Positions 18,584-29,317 are shown, counted from the stretch's first letter. The stretch: DNA of 64,000 nt from an uncultured Ruminococcus sp. (GCA_946493775.1 CAMMBC010000005.1:3417-67416); one strand, 5' to 3'. Program-made: numbers and translations. Notes: generated by a model from the sequence alone, not told the origin.

Positions 18584-20731
18584 TTATCCTTTGCTTTTCA
18601 TAGTAAGCGATATGCGCTTTTTCTTTACGTCAACGTCCAGAACCCGTACCTTTACCACTTCTCCTACTTTAACAACTTCCAGAGGATGCTTTACATACCT
18701 GTCGCATAGCTGAGAAATGTGCACAAGTCCGTCCTCGTGAACTCCGATATCTACAAAGGCGCCGAAATCTATTACGTTTCTTACCGTTCCCATAAGCTCC
18801 ATTCCCGGCTTCAGGTCCTTCAGCTCCATAATGTCGCCGCTTCTCATAAGCGGCGGAGGAAGCTCGTCTCTTGGGTCTCTTCCTGGCTTCATCAGCTCTG
18901 AGATAATATCCTTTAAGGTAGGGACGCCGACCCCGGTTTCCTTGGCAAGCCTTTCTATGCCCAGCTTGCCGGTCTTTTCTCCCAACTCCGGCAGACTTCC
19001 CGAATCGCTCAGGGAAAATCCGCAGACATCAAGAAGTTTCTGAGCCGCCTTGTATGATTCCGGATGGACCGCAGTATTGTCCAGAGGATTTTTGCCCTCT
19101 CTGACCCTGAGAAATCCCGCGCACTGTTCAAACGCTTTCGCTCCCAGCTTCGGCACCTTCATAAGCTGTCTCCTGTCTGTAAACTCCCCGTTCTCCTCGC
19201 GGTAAGCCACAATATTTTTAGCAACCGTTGCGCTGATTCCCGACACATACGAAAGCAGCGAATGCGAAGCGGTATTCAGATCTACGCCGACGCTGTTTAC
19301 GCAATCCTCTACCACGCCGGAAAGCGCTTCGTCCATACGTTTCGGCGGCATATCATGCTGATACTGACCGACGCCTACAGCCTTAGGGTCTATCTTTACC
19401 AGCTCCGCCAGAGGATCCTGCAAACGTCTTGCAATGGAGACTGCACTCCTGAGGGAAACGTCATATTCAGGAAACTCCTCCGCCGCAAGCTTTGACGCCG
19501 AATACACGGACGCTCCCGCCTCGGATACCACCATGTATCCCACCTTCTGCGGAATTTCCTTGATAAGCTCTGCCACAAACGCCTCCGATTCACGGCTCGC
19601 AGTGCCGTTTCCTATGGCGATAGCGGTTACTCCGTACTTTTCAATAAGCGCCGCAAGCTTTTTCTTCGCCTCCGCAGTCTTATTCTGAGGCGGAGTAGGA
19701 TAAACTACAGTTGTATCCAGGACCTTGCCGGTTTTATCGACCACCGCTATCTTGCATCCGGTACGGTATGCAGGATCAAGTCCGAGAGTGCATGCGCCCT
19801 TTACCGGAGGCTGCATAAGAAGCTGGCGCAGATTTGATGAAAATACCTTTATAGCCCCTTCCTGTGCTTTTTCGGAAAGCATGCTTCTTATTTCCCTTTC
19901 GATCGAGGGGTAGATAAGCCGCTTGTATCCGTCTACACAGGCAAGCTCAACATATTTAGCGCACTCTGAATCGTTTTTGACATACCTGGAAACGCAGGCT
20001 CTTTCTCCTGCTCCCTCCGGGACTTCAACGGAAACCTTTAATGCGCCCTCCTTCTCGCCTCTGTCTATAGCAAGTATCCTATGACCGGCTATCTTCTTGA
20101 CCGGCTCTGAAAAATCGTAATAATTCTCATAAACCGATTCGGCGTTTTCGTCCGCCGCCTTTGAAACTATTCTTCCGATCTCGCTGAACAGCTCTCTCAG
20201 GTATTTTCTCAGAGCTGCGTTATCCGAGGCGTCCTCGGCTATAATATCCATAGCCCCCTGCAATGCCTCCTGAGGAGACTCAACACCTTTTTCAGCGTCA
20301 ACGTATTTTTCCGCTTCGCTTACCGGATCGGTATTCAAAGCCTGCTCCATGATAAATACTGCAAGCGGCTCAAGTTCCTTTTCCCTTGCGACGCTTGCTC
20401 TCGTTCTGCGCTTGGGTTTGAACGGACGGTAAATATCCTCAAGCTCTACAAGCTGCGAAGCCTTCTGTATCGCTGCCATAAGCTCGTCTGTCATCCTGTC
20501 CTGCTCGGTAATAGAGGAAATGATCTCCTCCTTGCGTTTTTCAAGATTTCTCAGATAGCAAAGCCTTTCATAAATCTCACGCAGAACCTGGTCGTCGAGA
20601 GAACCGGTCATCTCCTTACGATAACGGGCGATAAAGGGAATAGTCTTATCGTCGTCGATAAGACTGACAGTATTGTCGATCTGCTCCTTTCTGAGCTTGA
20701 ATTCCTGTGCAAGAATACTGTTTATATCCAT
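18584..20731 (-). CDS. tex: Tex-like transcription accessory protein with a C-terminal S1 domain
   Basis: 715 aa. It starts IPFIARYRKE (Tex N-terminus), has YqgF/HhH regions and ends in an S1 domain (GTVRNVIDFGAFVDIG). Confidence 0.9.
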   Translation of the reverse strand: MDINSILAQEFKLRKEQIDNTVSLIDDDKTIPFIARYRKEMTGSLDDQVLREIYERLCYLRNLEKRKEEIISSITEQDRMTDELMAAIQKASQLVELEDIYRPFKPKRRTRASVAREKELEPLAVFIMEQALNTDPVSEAEKYVDAEKGVESPQEALQGAMDIIAEDASDNAALRKYLRELFSEIGRIVSKAADENAESVYENYYDFSEPVKKIAGHRILAIDRGEKEGALKVSVEVPEGAGERACVSRYVKNDSECAKYVELACVDGYKRLIYPSIEREIRSMLSEKAQEGAIKVFSSNLRQLLMQPPVKGACTLGLDPAYRTGCKIAVVDKTGKVLDTTVVYPTPPQNKTAEAKKKLAALIEKYGVTAIAIGNGTASRESEAFVAELIKEIPQKVGYMVVSEAGASVYSASKLAAEEFPEYDVSLRSAVSIARRLQDPLAELVKIDPKAVGVGQYQHDMPPKRMDEALSGVVEDCVNSVGVDLNTASHSLLSYVSGISATVAKNIVAYREENGEFTDRRQLMKVPKLGAKAFEQCAGFLRVREGKNPLDNTAVHPESYKAAQKLLDVCGFSLSDSGSLPELGEKTGKLGIERLAKETGVGVPTLKDIISELMKPGRDPRDELPPPLMRSGDIMELKDLKPGMELMGTVRNVIDFGAFVDIGVHEDGLVHISQLCDRYVKHPLEVVKVGEVVKVRVLDVDVKKKRISLTMKSKG

Positions 20732-20891
20732 AAATATTCAATATGCCGCGTCAGCGGACATATCCTCCTTCCTATACAAGGGCGTATCCCTAAACAAAAT
20801 CATGACGCAAAACCGCCTGAATATTATCATGCGGTTCTGCGTTGTTTAATTTCAAAATATAATTGGCGCACAAAGTCTGACACTCGGTTTT

Positions 20892-22502
20892 TTACTGCAG
20901 CTCGCCGCGGTTAAATTCGGAAAGCTCAAGCCCCTCATTGCGTTCCAGAGCCCAGCGTATATTCCATTCGCTTGAAAACAGCAGCAGATAATTCCCTTTA
21001 AAATCCTGAACAAGCTTAGTGTCGCTGGAAAGCTTAAGCGTCTTGGGATCGATGTCCTTATTGTCTATCCAGCGGATATACGAATACGGAAGTCCCTCTT
21101 TTATAAGCTCCACGTTGTATTCATTCTTCATACGATACTCGAAAACGTCGAACTGAAGTACGCCTACAACGCCGACAATAACCTCTTCCATACCGGTATA
21201 AGGCTCCTGGAATATCTGTATAGCTCCCTCCTGAGCGATCTGAGTCGTACCCTTAACAAACTGCTTGCGCTTCATCGTGTCCTTCTGGCGCACCCTCTGG
21301 AAATGCTCGGGTGCAAAGGTAGGTATGCCTTCAAACTCAAATTTCTTTCCCGGAGCGCATACGGTATCGCCTATAGAAAAGATTCCCGGATCAAAAACTC
21401 CTATTATATCCCCGGCGTAAGCCTCGTCTATAATCTCACGTTCCTGAGCCATTATCTGCTGAGGCTGTGAAAGACGCATTTTCTTGTTTCCCTGAACGTG
21501 CAGAACATCCATTTCCTTGTCGAATTTTCCGGAGCATATCCTCATAAAGGTAATTCTGTCGCGGTGAGCCTTATTCATATTCGCCTGAATTTTGAATACA
21601 AATGCCGAAAAGCTGCTGTCAAAGGGATCGATAAGTCCTGCGGAAGAATTTCTCGGCAGCGGAGGAGGAGTCATTTGCAGGAAGCTTTCGAGAAAAGGTT
21701 CAACTCCGAAATTAGTCAGCGCAGAGCCGAAGAATACGGGAGAAAGCCTGCCATTATGGACCGACTCAAGATTAAATTCCTCGCTTGCTCCGTCCAGCAG
21801 CTCTATATCCTCAAGCAGCTGTTCTCTGTTGCCGCTGCCGATCAGCTCGCCGAGACTTTCGTCGTAGAGATCGGCTTCCACAGAATTTACACGGTTCTGT
21901 CCACCTGTCGCCTCAAATGAAATAATATGCTTTTTGGCGCGGTCATAAACTCCTCTGAAATCCTTGCCGGAGCTTATGGGCCAGTTTACGGGATAAGTAG
22001 GGATCCCCAGCTCGTTTTCGATTTCCTCGATCAGATCAAACGGGTTTCGGGATTCTCTGTCCATTTTATTTATGAAAGTAAATATGGGTATATTCCTCAT
22101 TGCGCATACCTTAAAAAGCTTTCGTGTCTGGTTCTCAACGCCCTTTGAAGCGTCTATTACCATTACAGCCGAGTCCGCCGCCATGAGAGTACGGTAAGTA
22201 TCCTCGGAGAAGTCCTGATGCCCGGGGGTGTCGAGAATATTAATACAGAAGCCCTCGTACTGGAACTGCATTACCGACGAGGTAACGGAAATTCCCCTCT
22301 GCTTTTCGATCTCCATCCAGTCGGAAACGGCGTGACGGGCGGATTTTTTGCCCTTTACTGCGCCCGCCTGAGCAATCGCTCCGCCGTAAAGCAGAAATTT
22401 TTCGGTAAGTGTGGTTTTTCCGGCGTCGGGATGCGAAATGATCGCAAAGGTTCTCCTGCGTTTGATTTCCTGTTCTAAGCTGCTCAAATTATTTTCCTCC
22501 AT
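20892..22502 (-). CDS. prfC: Peptide chain release factor 3
   Basis: RRTFAIISHPDAGKTTLTEK, DTPGHQDF and NKMD GTPase motifs. 536 aa. Confidence 0.9.
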   Translation of the reverse strand: MEENNLSSLEQEIKRRRTFAIISHPDAGKTTLTEKFLLYGGAIAQAGAVKGKKSARHAVSDWMEIEKQRGISVTSSVMQFQYEGFCINILDTPGHQDFSEDTYRTLMAADSAVMVIDASKGVENQTRKLFKVCAMRNIPIFTFINKMDRESRNPFDLIEEIENELGIPTYPVNWPISSGKDFRGVYDRAKKHIISFEATGGQNRVNSVEADLYDESLGELIGSGNREQLLEDIELLDGASEEFNLESVHNGRLSPVFFGSALTNFGVEPFLESFLQMTPPPLPRNSSAGLIDPFDSSFSAFVFKIQANMNKAHRDRITFMRICSGKFDKEMDVLHVQGNKKMRLSQPQQIMAQEREIIDEAYAGDIIGVFDPGIFSIGDTVCAPGKKFEFEGIPTFAPEHFQRVRQKDTMKRKQFVKGTTQIAQEGAIQIFQEPYTGMEEVIVGVVGVLQFDVFEYRMKNEYNVELIKEGLPYSYIRWIDNKDIDPKTLKLSSDTKLVQDFKGNYLLLFSSEWNIRWALERNEGLELSEFNRGELQ

Positions 22503-22680
22503 TACTGCCCAAGCCGCCGATCAAGCCGTATTTCAGCAGGATTACGGAGCTCGGTCCTGATTATCTATCCGTATTATTATACAGCATATACGCCGAAAAT
22601 GCAAGAGAATATTAAAAAACAGCCGCATTAGTCTTGTAACTGCCTGAAATTCTGATATTTCAGCCGTTTATTTCTTGAAA

Positions 22681-23148
22681 CTACAGCCTGTTCAACATAT
22701 GCTTTGCTGAACCTGCCTTTTTAAAAATATATAATTTGTCTTCCGGGTTATCATAATATGCAAATAAATCCGGATCATAACGACAGCGCTTTACGATAGC
22801 GCTTCTCTTTATTTTTTCAATGCCTCCTGAATTTTTATATGTGCTTCTTAAAATGTATTTATCTATTTCAAGCATAGCGAAGTTTCTGTCTTCAAGATCA
22901 TATATAGGCACATTCCGAACCAAATACATATATCTGCTTTCACAAAGCAATATATATTCTGTTTCTCCTGTATATGCGTCCTGACACTGCCGCGGGGTGC
23001 AAATCGTTTTTATGTTATTTAATATCAGGTGATCAGACACCGGCTTTTTATCGGAACAGCCGGCAAGAGTCGTCATTATAAACAGTACGCCTGTTACGGC
23101 AGCTATTTTAAAAAAACGTCTTATTTTTGCTGCATATCTTAAATACAT
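22681..23148 (-). CDS. Hypothetical lipoprotein
   Basis: MYLRYAAKIRRFFKIAAVTGVLFIMTTLAGC carries lipobox LAGC. The ATG at 23148 follows GGGAGG. Confidence 0.55.
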   Translation of the reverse strand: MYLRYAAKIRRFFKIAAVTGVLFIMTTLAGCSDKKPVSDHLILNNIKTICTPRQCQDAYTGETEYILLCESRYMYLVRNVPIYDLEDRNFAMLEIDKYILRSTYKNSGGIEKIKRSAIVKRCRYDPDLFAYYDNPEDKLYIFKKAGSAKHMLNRL

Positions 23149-23292
23149 ATTTTTTGCCTCCCGTATCATCATAATAATACAACATATATGTAGTTCATAT
23201 GCAATTTTAACATCTATTTTGCTGTTTATCAATACTACAGATATGATGTATAATTATTTTGTACATACGCGGCAGATTTTTGGAGGTTTATT

Positions 23293-23631
23293 GTGCACAG
23301 TAATTTATATTTGTATCCCAACCTGGTTAAAGTAAGGAAAAGTAAGATGACGCAATCCGAACTTGCAAAGCAAATAGGGATTTCTCAGCAGGAAATAAGC
23401 AGATATGAAAACGGCGAAGTAAAAGCGCCTATAAATTATATAATAGACCTTGCCAATTGCTGCAATGTCAGCGTTGACTACATTCTCGGCAGAGACAACC
23501 GCATAAACGAATATGATCCCGACAATATTCTATCCCTGTATAATCTGCTTGATCAAAACAATAAGCTAAGAATCCTTGAAAGAATCCAGACTCTTCTGGA
23601 GCTTCAGGATAACCGCTCAAAAAGAACTTAA
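23293..23631 (+). CDS. XRE-family helix-turn-helix transcriptional regulator
   Basis: MTQSELAKQIGISQQEISRYENGE is a classic HTH_3 signature. The start could be the GTG at 23293 or the internal ATG. Confidence 0.8.
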   Translation: MHSNLYLYPNLVKVRKSKMTQSELAKQIGISQQEISRYENGEVKAPINYIIDLANCCNVSVDYILGRDNRINEYDPDNILSLYNLLDQNNKLRILERIQTLLELQDNRSKRT

Positions 23632-23632
23632 A

Positions 23633-23660
23633 AAGGACGGACCCTGATGGATCCGTCCTT
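23633..23660. terminator. Bidirectional terminator between the XRE gene and pilT
   Basis: 9-bp stem aaggacgga/tccgtcctt with A/T runs on both sides. Confidence 0.7.
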
Positions 23661-23727
23661 AAATATTTCAATCTATAGCGTGTTCATGTAAAATAGGCGT
23701 GCGTTTTATTTTAATGTGAACGCAGTC

Positions 23728-24798
23728 TTACCTTGCAGAGGCGATAAATCTCTTCAGTTCTCCGACGTTAAGACACTTTTCAATTGCGACCTCCATAGAG
23801 ATCTTCTTATCACGCACAAGCTTGGCAAGCTCCTGGTCAAGAGTCTGCATTCCCACATTCTTACCTGTCTGCATTGCTGAGTTTATAAGGTGAACCTTAT
23901 CGTCACGGATCATCGCCTTGATATTATCCGTAGCGTTAAGTATTTCGCAGCAGGCAACGCGGCTGGTTCCGTCGAAAGTACGGCACAGCGTCTGGGTACA
24001 GATTCCTACGAGAACCGAAGCAAGCTGAGTTCTTATCTGATGCTGCTGATGCGCCGGAAAAACGTCGATAATACGGTCGATTGTTGAAGCGGCGTCGGTA
24101 GTATGAAGCGTGCTCATTACAAGGTGTCCCGTTTCGGCGGCGGTTACCGCGGCTTCGATTGTTTCAAAGTCACGCATTTCTCCTACGAGGATAATGTCCG
24201 GGTCCTCACGGAGAGCGGCTCTCAGCGCCATCGAAAAGCTGGGGACGTCCGGACCGATTTCTCTCTGGTTTACCATACATCTTTTATGAGCGTGCATATA
24301 CTCGATAGGATCCTCTACTGTAATTATATGAGCCGATTTATGTATATTTACATGGTCGATCATAGCCGCAAGAGTCGTTGACTTACCGGAACCGGTAGGG
24401 CCTGTAACAAGCACCAGCCCTCTGGGGCGCATTGCAAATTCTGCAAGCACGGGAGGAAGATTAAGATCCGTAAGCGTGGGGATGTCGTTTCTCAGCAAAC
24501 GGATAGCGATTGCTGTATTTCCTCTCTGACGGTACACGTTGACACGGTGACGGAAACCTCTCGATGAAACGAAAGTAAAGTCGGTGTCAATATGATCCTT
24601 GATGGACTGTCTTTGCTTATCGGTACACATATCCTCGCATATTTTCAAAATATCGATCTCTGTCATATCGGGATATGACGACAGTTTTCTGAGATTTCCT
24701 CCTTGTCTTACGATAGGGGGAATACCTACGGTAAAATGCAGGTCGGAACACCCCAAAGCTCTTGATTCGTCCAGTATCTTGTTAATATCAACTGACAT
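23728..24798 (-). CDS. pilT: Type IV pilus retraction ATPase
   Basis: 356 aa, Walker A GPTGSGKST, PilT-type N-terminus (ILDESRALGCSDLH). SD is AGGAGG. Confidence 0.9.
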   Translation of the reverse strand: MSVDINKILDESRALGCSDLHFTVGIPPIVRQGGNLRKLSSYPDMTEIDILKICEDMCTDKQRQSIKDHIDTDFTFVSSRGFRHRVNVYRQRGNTAIAIRLLRNDIPTLTDLNLPPVLAEFAMRPRGLVLVTGPTGSGKSTTLAAMIDHVNIHKSAHIITVEDPIEYMHAHKRCMVNQREIGPDVPSFSMALRAALREDPDIILVGEMRDFETIEAAVTAAETGHLVMSTLHTTDAASTIDRIIDVFPAHQQHQIRTQLASVLVGICTQTLCRTFDGTSRVACCEILNATDNIKAMIRDDKVHLINSAMQTGKNVGMQTLDQELAKLVRDKKISMEVAIEKCLNVGELKRFIASAR

Positions 24799-25098
24799 AG
24801 TTAATTAACCTCCTATATTTCTAAAACTGCACAGCCCTGCTCAAGTACTTTTTCAACGCTGCACTCTTTTATATGCTTTACCTAAGCTGATATTTTGAGC
24901 AATTCCATAGCTCTTTTATAAAGCAGGTCAAATTCACAGCCGCAGCTTCCGCACTCTTCATCAACTTTTTTAACAGCATCGAAAAGCTCGCTGTTTGTTA
25001 TTTTCCCATCAAGCCAATCATGTGACGGTACCGAAATAAGATCCCAGCCGGAATTGATAAATTTTTTTATTATATTCTTAAGCTACGTCATTTCAGTA

Positions 25099-26775
25099 TC
25101 AGATAGCATAAGTTACACGGACAAGCTCATCTATAGAGGTCTTTCCCTCCTGAACCAGCTTTGAAACGTTATCCCTGAGCAGCAGACAGCCCTGGTTTCT
25201 CGCAAGCTCCTGAATAGCCTCTGACTTGCCCTCTGCGGCGATAAGCTCCTTCATTTCAGGAGTAGCCAACAGAATTTCATGGATAGCGGTTCTTCCCTTA
25301 TATCCTGTATTCATACACTTTGAACATCCAACGGCTTCATAAATATTAATCGAGTGGTCGATCTGCATCAGAGCGTTTTCACTTTCTGTAGACATTCTCT
25401 CCCTTTTGCAATGCGGACAGAGAACCTTAACAAGTCTCTGAGCAACTACGCCAATAAGTGAAGTTGCTACCATGTAGGCGTCAATACCCATATCAACTAG
25501 TCGGGTTACCGTCGAAGCAGCGTCGTTAGTATGCAGAGTTGAAAGCACCAAGTGGCCGGTAATAGCGGCTCTGATACCGATCTCTGCGGTCTCGGTATCA
25601 CGCATCTCACCGATCATTATAATATCAGGGTCCTGACGGAGAATCGAACGAAGCGCCGCACCAAAGGTCATGCCCGCCTTTTCATTAATCTGGCACTGAT
25701 TAATGTTGGCGATCTTCTTTTCGACAGGATCCTCAACGGTAATAACGTTAAGATTCGGCTTGGCGATCTCTCCGAGAGCTGCGTAAAGGGTCGTAGATTT
25801 ACCTGAACCTGTAGGTCCGGTTACCAGCACAACACCCTGCGGAACTTTCAGACACGAAACAAATCGGTCATAGTTATAATCGGTCATACCAAGATCCTGG
25901 ATTCTTCTTACCGACTCATCACCGGCGAGAATACGCAAAACAACTTTCTCTCCGTAAACCATAGGCAGATTAGATACACGGAGGTCGATATTCGTTCCAT
26001 CGACTATCTGCGACATACGTCCGTCCTGAGGAATTCTCTTCTCGGCAATGTTCATGCCGCTGAGAATCTTAAAACGCGTCACCAACGAAACGTGAAGCGC
26101 CGGAGAAAGAGTCATAAGCTCAATAAGGTCGCTGTTTACACGGATACGAACCTTTGTTACATCCTTGAAAGGCTCGATATGGATATCCGTTGCGCCCTGA
26201 CGGAAAGCGTTTTCCACTATTGCAGTCGCAAGCTTAACGATAGGAGCGTTTTCGATTCTGTCCTCGGAAATATCCTTGAGGTCGTCCAGATTAAGCTCCT
26301 CTTCCTTCTGCTTTGTCGCTTCATCGACAACCGAACTTACCTGTCCTTCGGAATACATTCTTCCGATAGCCCTGTTAATAGCCGCCTTTGTGGAAAGCAC
26401 GGAAGAAACGTTACAGCCGGTTATGGCACGTATATCCTCAAATATGTAGAAATTGACCGGATCGTTGGTCGCAACCGTGATACGCTTGCCTATCTTATTA
26501 ACGGCTATAACATTATACTTTCTTGCAACTGCCTCCGGAATTTTCTTTACTATATCGGGCATCAGCTGAGTATTGTCGAGATCCACAAACGGGACGTTAA
26601 GTCTTTCGGCAAGACACTGTGTAAACTGAACGTCCGAAACCAGCCCCATTTCAATTACTACGTCACCAAACAGCTTGCCTTTTGTTTCCTTCTGCTTTGC
26701 AAGCGCCTGCTGAAGCTGTTCTTCGGTAATCAGGTTTCTCTCAACAAGATATTGTCCTATCGGTCCGTTTCTCAT
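25099..26775 (-). CDS. pilB: Type IV pilus assembly ATPase (GspE/PilB family)
   Basis: N-terminal LITEEQLQQALAKQ domain, Walker A GPTGSGKST and the tetracysteine CPHC...CSKC. I chose the start at 26775, which follows GGAG. Confidence 0.9.
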   Translation of the reverse strand: MRNGPIGQYLVERNLITEEQLQQALAKQKETKGKLFGDVVIEMGLVSDVQFTQCLAERLNVPFVDLDNTQLMPDIVKKIPEAVARKYNVIAVNKIGKRITVATNDPVNFYIFEDIRAITGCNVSSVLSTKAAINRAIGRMYSEGQVSSVVDEATKQKEEELNLDDLKDISEDRIENAPIVKLATAIVENAFRQGATDIHIEPFKDVTKVRIRVNSDLIELMTLSPALHVSLVTRFKILSGMNIAEKRIPQDGRMSQIVDGTNIDLRVSNLPMVYGEKVVLRILAGDESVRRIQDLGMTDYNYDRFVSCLKVPQGVVLVTGPTGSGKSTTLYAALGEIAKPNLNVITVEDPVEKKIANINQCQINEKAGMTFGAALRSILRQDPDIIMIGEMRDTETAEIGIRAAITGHLVLSTLHTNDAASTVTRLVDMGIDAYMVATSLIGVVAQRLVKVLCPHCKRERMSTESENALMQIDHSINIYEAVGCSKCMNTGYKGRTAIHEILLATPEMKELIAAEGKSEAIQELARNQGCLLLRDNVSKLVQEGKTSIDELVRVTYAI

Positions 26776-26959
26776 ACCATAAAACTCCATTCTCCGCAGA
26801 AACAGATTATCTGCGGCATTGCCGTTCTGCGGGACGGCAATGCTCTGAAAAGATAAAAATCTTAATAAAAATAAGCACAAAAATATATTTTATGCCACTT
26901 GTAATTGACCGTTAATTATGTTAAAATAAAAATACAAAATAACTTAGGAGGATTGACCC

Positions 26960-27766
26960 TTGGACACGCAGTATTATATTTACGTTGCGATAATTTACAT
27001 ATTTGTATTCTTATTCGGCGCAGCAGTCGGCAGCTTTCTGAACGTCTGCATATACCGGCTTCCAAAAGAGGAATCGCTTATCAAAAAAAATTCTCACTGC
27101 ATGAGCTGCGGAGAACCGATCAAGCGCCGCGATCTTATACCCATTATAAGCTGGTGTATTCTCAAAGGAAAATGCCGCAGCTGCGGTGCGAAAATATCTC
27201 CACGCTACACTGTGGTGGAACTTCTCAACGCTTTATGCTGGCTTTTTATTGCCTGGCAGATCGACGTTCTGATACAGCCTGTCAGATTTATATTCACCGC
27301 TCTGCTGTTCTCGGCTCTGATAGTGGTGTTTTTCATGGACTGGGACACTCAGCTTATTTCAACCTACGTTGTAATTTTCATAGGTCTGCTGGCGATACCC
27401 AACTACATATTCTGCCACGAAGCCATGGGAACCACGCTGAAATCCCATATTATCGGATTCTTTGCGGTAAGCGTGCCATTACTGCTGATCGAAATTTTAT
27501 CCAAAGGAAAGGCAATGGGCAGAGGCGATGTTTATCTGATGGCTGCCGGAGGCTTATTCCTTGGCGTACAGAACATTTTAGTCGCTCTTTTCATCGGTCT
27601 GATAAGCGGCTCTATAGCGGGGCTGATAATCAAATACAAAACCGAAAATTCTGTATTTGCATTCGGTCCGTGGCTTTCGCTTGGAATCGCTGTGTCGGCG
27701 CTTTATGGCGACAGGCTTGCCCAATGGTACATGACGTTTACGGGGCTTAACGAGATCCTGGCATAG
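26960..27766 (+). CDS. pilD: Prepilin peptidase (A24 family)
   Basis: Zinc motifs CMSC...CRSC, multiple TM segments and a GRGDVYLMAAGG catalytic Asp motif. TTG start lies 9 nt after AGGAGG. Confidence 0.85.
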   Translation: MDTQYYIYVAIIYIFVFLFGAAVGSFLNVCIYRLPKEESLIKKNSHCMSCGEPIKRRDLIPIISWCILKGKCRSCGAKISPRYTVVELLNALCWLFIAWQIDVLIQPVRFIFTALLFSALIVVFFMDWDTQLISTYVVIFIGLLAIPNYIFCHEAMGTTLKSHIIGFFAVSVPLLLIEILSKGKAMGRGDVYLMAAGGLFLGVQNILVALFIGLISGSIAGLIIKYKTENSVFAFGPWLSLGIAVSALYGDRLAQWYMTFTGLNEILA

Positions 27767-27790
27767 TGCCGGCAAAATATACGCAAAATT

Positions 27791-27902
27791 CCGCTCTCTT
27801 AACGAGGGCGGTTTGTTTTGCTCAAAAAATCCTCTTAATAGAATTTGCGTGTTCTGTTAAGGGGATTTTTTCAGCAAGCAGACTCAGGGGAGAGTCTGCT
27901 TG
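27791..27902. terminator. Terminator cluster between convergent pilD and the pilin operon
   Basis: Three hairpins. The first is ccgctctc/gagggcgg followed by TTTGTTTT, on the plus strand. The second is a 14-bp A/U-rich stem at 27825-27870. The third is aagcagactc/gagtctgctt at 27876-27901. Confidence 0.65.
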
Positions 27903-27908
27903 GAGTCA

Positions 27909-28547
27909 TTACGAAATAGGCTCGTAATAAATATAAATTTTACTGTTGTCAGTACCGATATTTGCACTGAAAGAAACGGTTGAGTTTTTCAGCATAGAAG
28001 AATTATTGATATTTGTAAATGTGATCGACTTGCTGTAATTGTAAACTACCTCAGTATTTTTCACGTATGCTCCCCCTTCATACTTCATGGGACAGCCCTC
28101 AAAGTCAAGCATCAGGAAACATTTACCGCTTTCTGTGCTGTACTCGCCTACTGTTATCATGTAAGCGTCCTCATCGTAAAAAGCTTCGCCCATTACTACC
28201 GAAAAATTTGCTCCGTCCGCATCGCTTTTAGTAACGATTCCTGTCGCCTTCTTTTTGCTTGATATTCTGGGGGTCGTATTGTCTATGGTTATAAGCTTTG
28301 AGCAGTTTGCAGGAGGAATGTTTGTATCCTCAGTAAAAACCGCTACGTGCCTTGCATACTGTATCTCATCGGCTATTGCATCTCCGACGGCTATGCAAAC
28401 GGTTTCCTGGTTCGTCGTATTTTCAACCTTGGTATAAAACCGGCTTGTGGGCGACATTATCGCCATTACTGCGCCCATTATGATCCCCATCAGCGCCATT
28501 ACCACTATCAGCTCGACAAGAGTAAAACCTTTTTGATTTTTATTCAT
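27909..28547 (-). CDS. Type IV pilin or pseudopilin with a canonical prepilin leader
   Basis: MNKNQKG|FTLVELIVVMALMGII has a class III signal with Gly-1 and Glu+5. The ATG at 28547 follows GGAGGG. Confidence 0.85.
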   Translation of the reverse strand: MNKNQKGFTLVELIVVMALMGIIMGAVMAIMSPTSRFYTKVENTTNQETVCIAVGDAIADEIQYARHVAVFTEDTNIPPANCSKLITIDNTTPRISSKKKATGIVTKSDADGANFSVVMGEAFYDEDAYMITVGEYSTESGKCFLMLDFEGCPMKYEGGAYVKNTEVVYNYSKSITFTNINNSSMLKNSTVSFSANIGTDNSKIYIYYEPIS

Positions 28548-28567
28548 GAGTTTTCCCTCCTGTTCAA

Positions 28568-29305
28568 TCAATAACTCCAAGGTATAGGAGCACTTGGATC
28601 ATAAGTAATCGTCCACTTATTATCTGTAAAATCAGTAGAGGAAAGTGAAATATCCCCATACACTACATTTGAAGCCGTAACAAATCGTATTTTTACATCT
28701 CCATTATTAAAAGAATCCAAATTATAATACCCAAAATCAATTGTGGAATTTGTAACACCAGAAGCATTATATTTCTCAGCGGTTCTGACATAGCTTTTTG
28801 ACGTATGAATATATCCATTCGAAGAATTACCTTCATAGATAAATCCATCTTCAATTGTTACATAAGCCGTTACATTCTCGGCAGATTTATTAATAAAAGT
28901 AAGCTTAAACTCGTTACTATCACCCGAAAGAACAGGGTCGGAAGTTGACAAACTATTTAGACCTCCACTGTTAAAAGTCTTGATCTGAAAACCGAAATCT
29001 GCTCCGAACTGAGCCGCATCGGCGGCATAAGTGGCTATTCCGTTAACAGTTTTGCTCGTTCCGCCTGTCGGTACGAAAACAATCTCATAACCATCTCCGG
29101 TCTTGGTCAATTCAGTATCGGATTTTTTCTCCACTGCGTTAACCTGCTGTGCAGTTTCCAGATCCCGTTTTCTGCTGCGGTTAGAAATTTTCATTGCACC
29201 GCCTATCACCGACATAATGCACGCCGCCGCCAGCGCAAATATTGTCATTGAAACTATGACCTCTACAAGGGTCATACCTTTGGAGAGCTTTTTGATTTTT
29301 TTCAT
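28568..29305 (-). CDS. Minor pilin or pseudopilin
   Basis: MKKIKKLSKG|MTLVEVIVSMTIFALA is a prepilin-type N-terminal cleavage/methylation domain. SD is AAGGAGGG. Confidence 0.8.
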   Translation of the reverse strand: MKKIKKLSKGMTLVEVIVSMTIFALAAACIMSVIGGAMKISNRSRKRDLETAQQVNAVEKKSDTELTKTGDGYEIVFVPTGGTSKTVNGIATYAADAAQFGADFGFQIKTFNSGGLNSLSTSDPVLSGDSNEFKLTFINKSAENVTAYVTIEDGFIYEGNSSNGYIHTSKSYVRTAEKYNASGVTNSTIDFGYYNLDSFNNGDVKIRFVTASNVVYGDISLSSTDFTDNKWTITYDPSAPIPWSY

Positions 29306-29317
29306 GAAAATCCCTCC

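Noticed and set aside
20732-20800. A strong GGAGG followed by a 7-codon mini-ORF (MSADAAY) upstream of tex.
   Set aside because: The SD-to-ATG spacing is only about 2 nt, and the ORF is tiny and probably fortuitous. The tex start at 20731 stays the best call even though it lacks a good SD.
26905-27750. A 281-aa plus-strand ORF covering almost the same interval as pilD.
   Set aside because: It lies in a different frame of the same strand as the 268-aa ORF. Only the 268-aa frame has the prepilin-peptidase features: CxxC pairs, TM segments and the GRGD Asp motif. The 281-aa product is Arg/Cys/His-rich junk.
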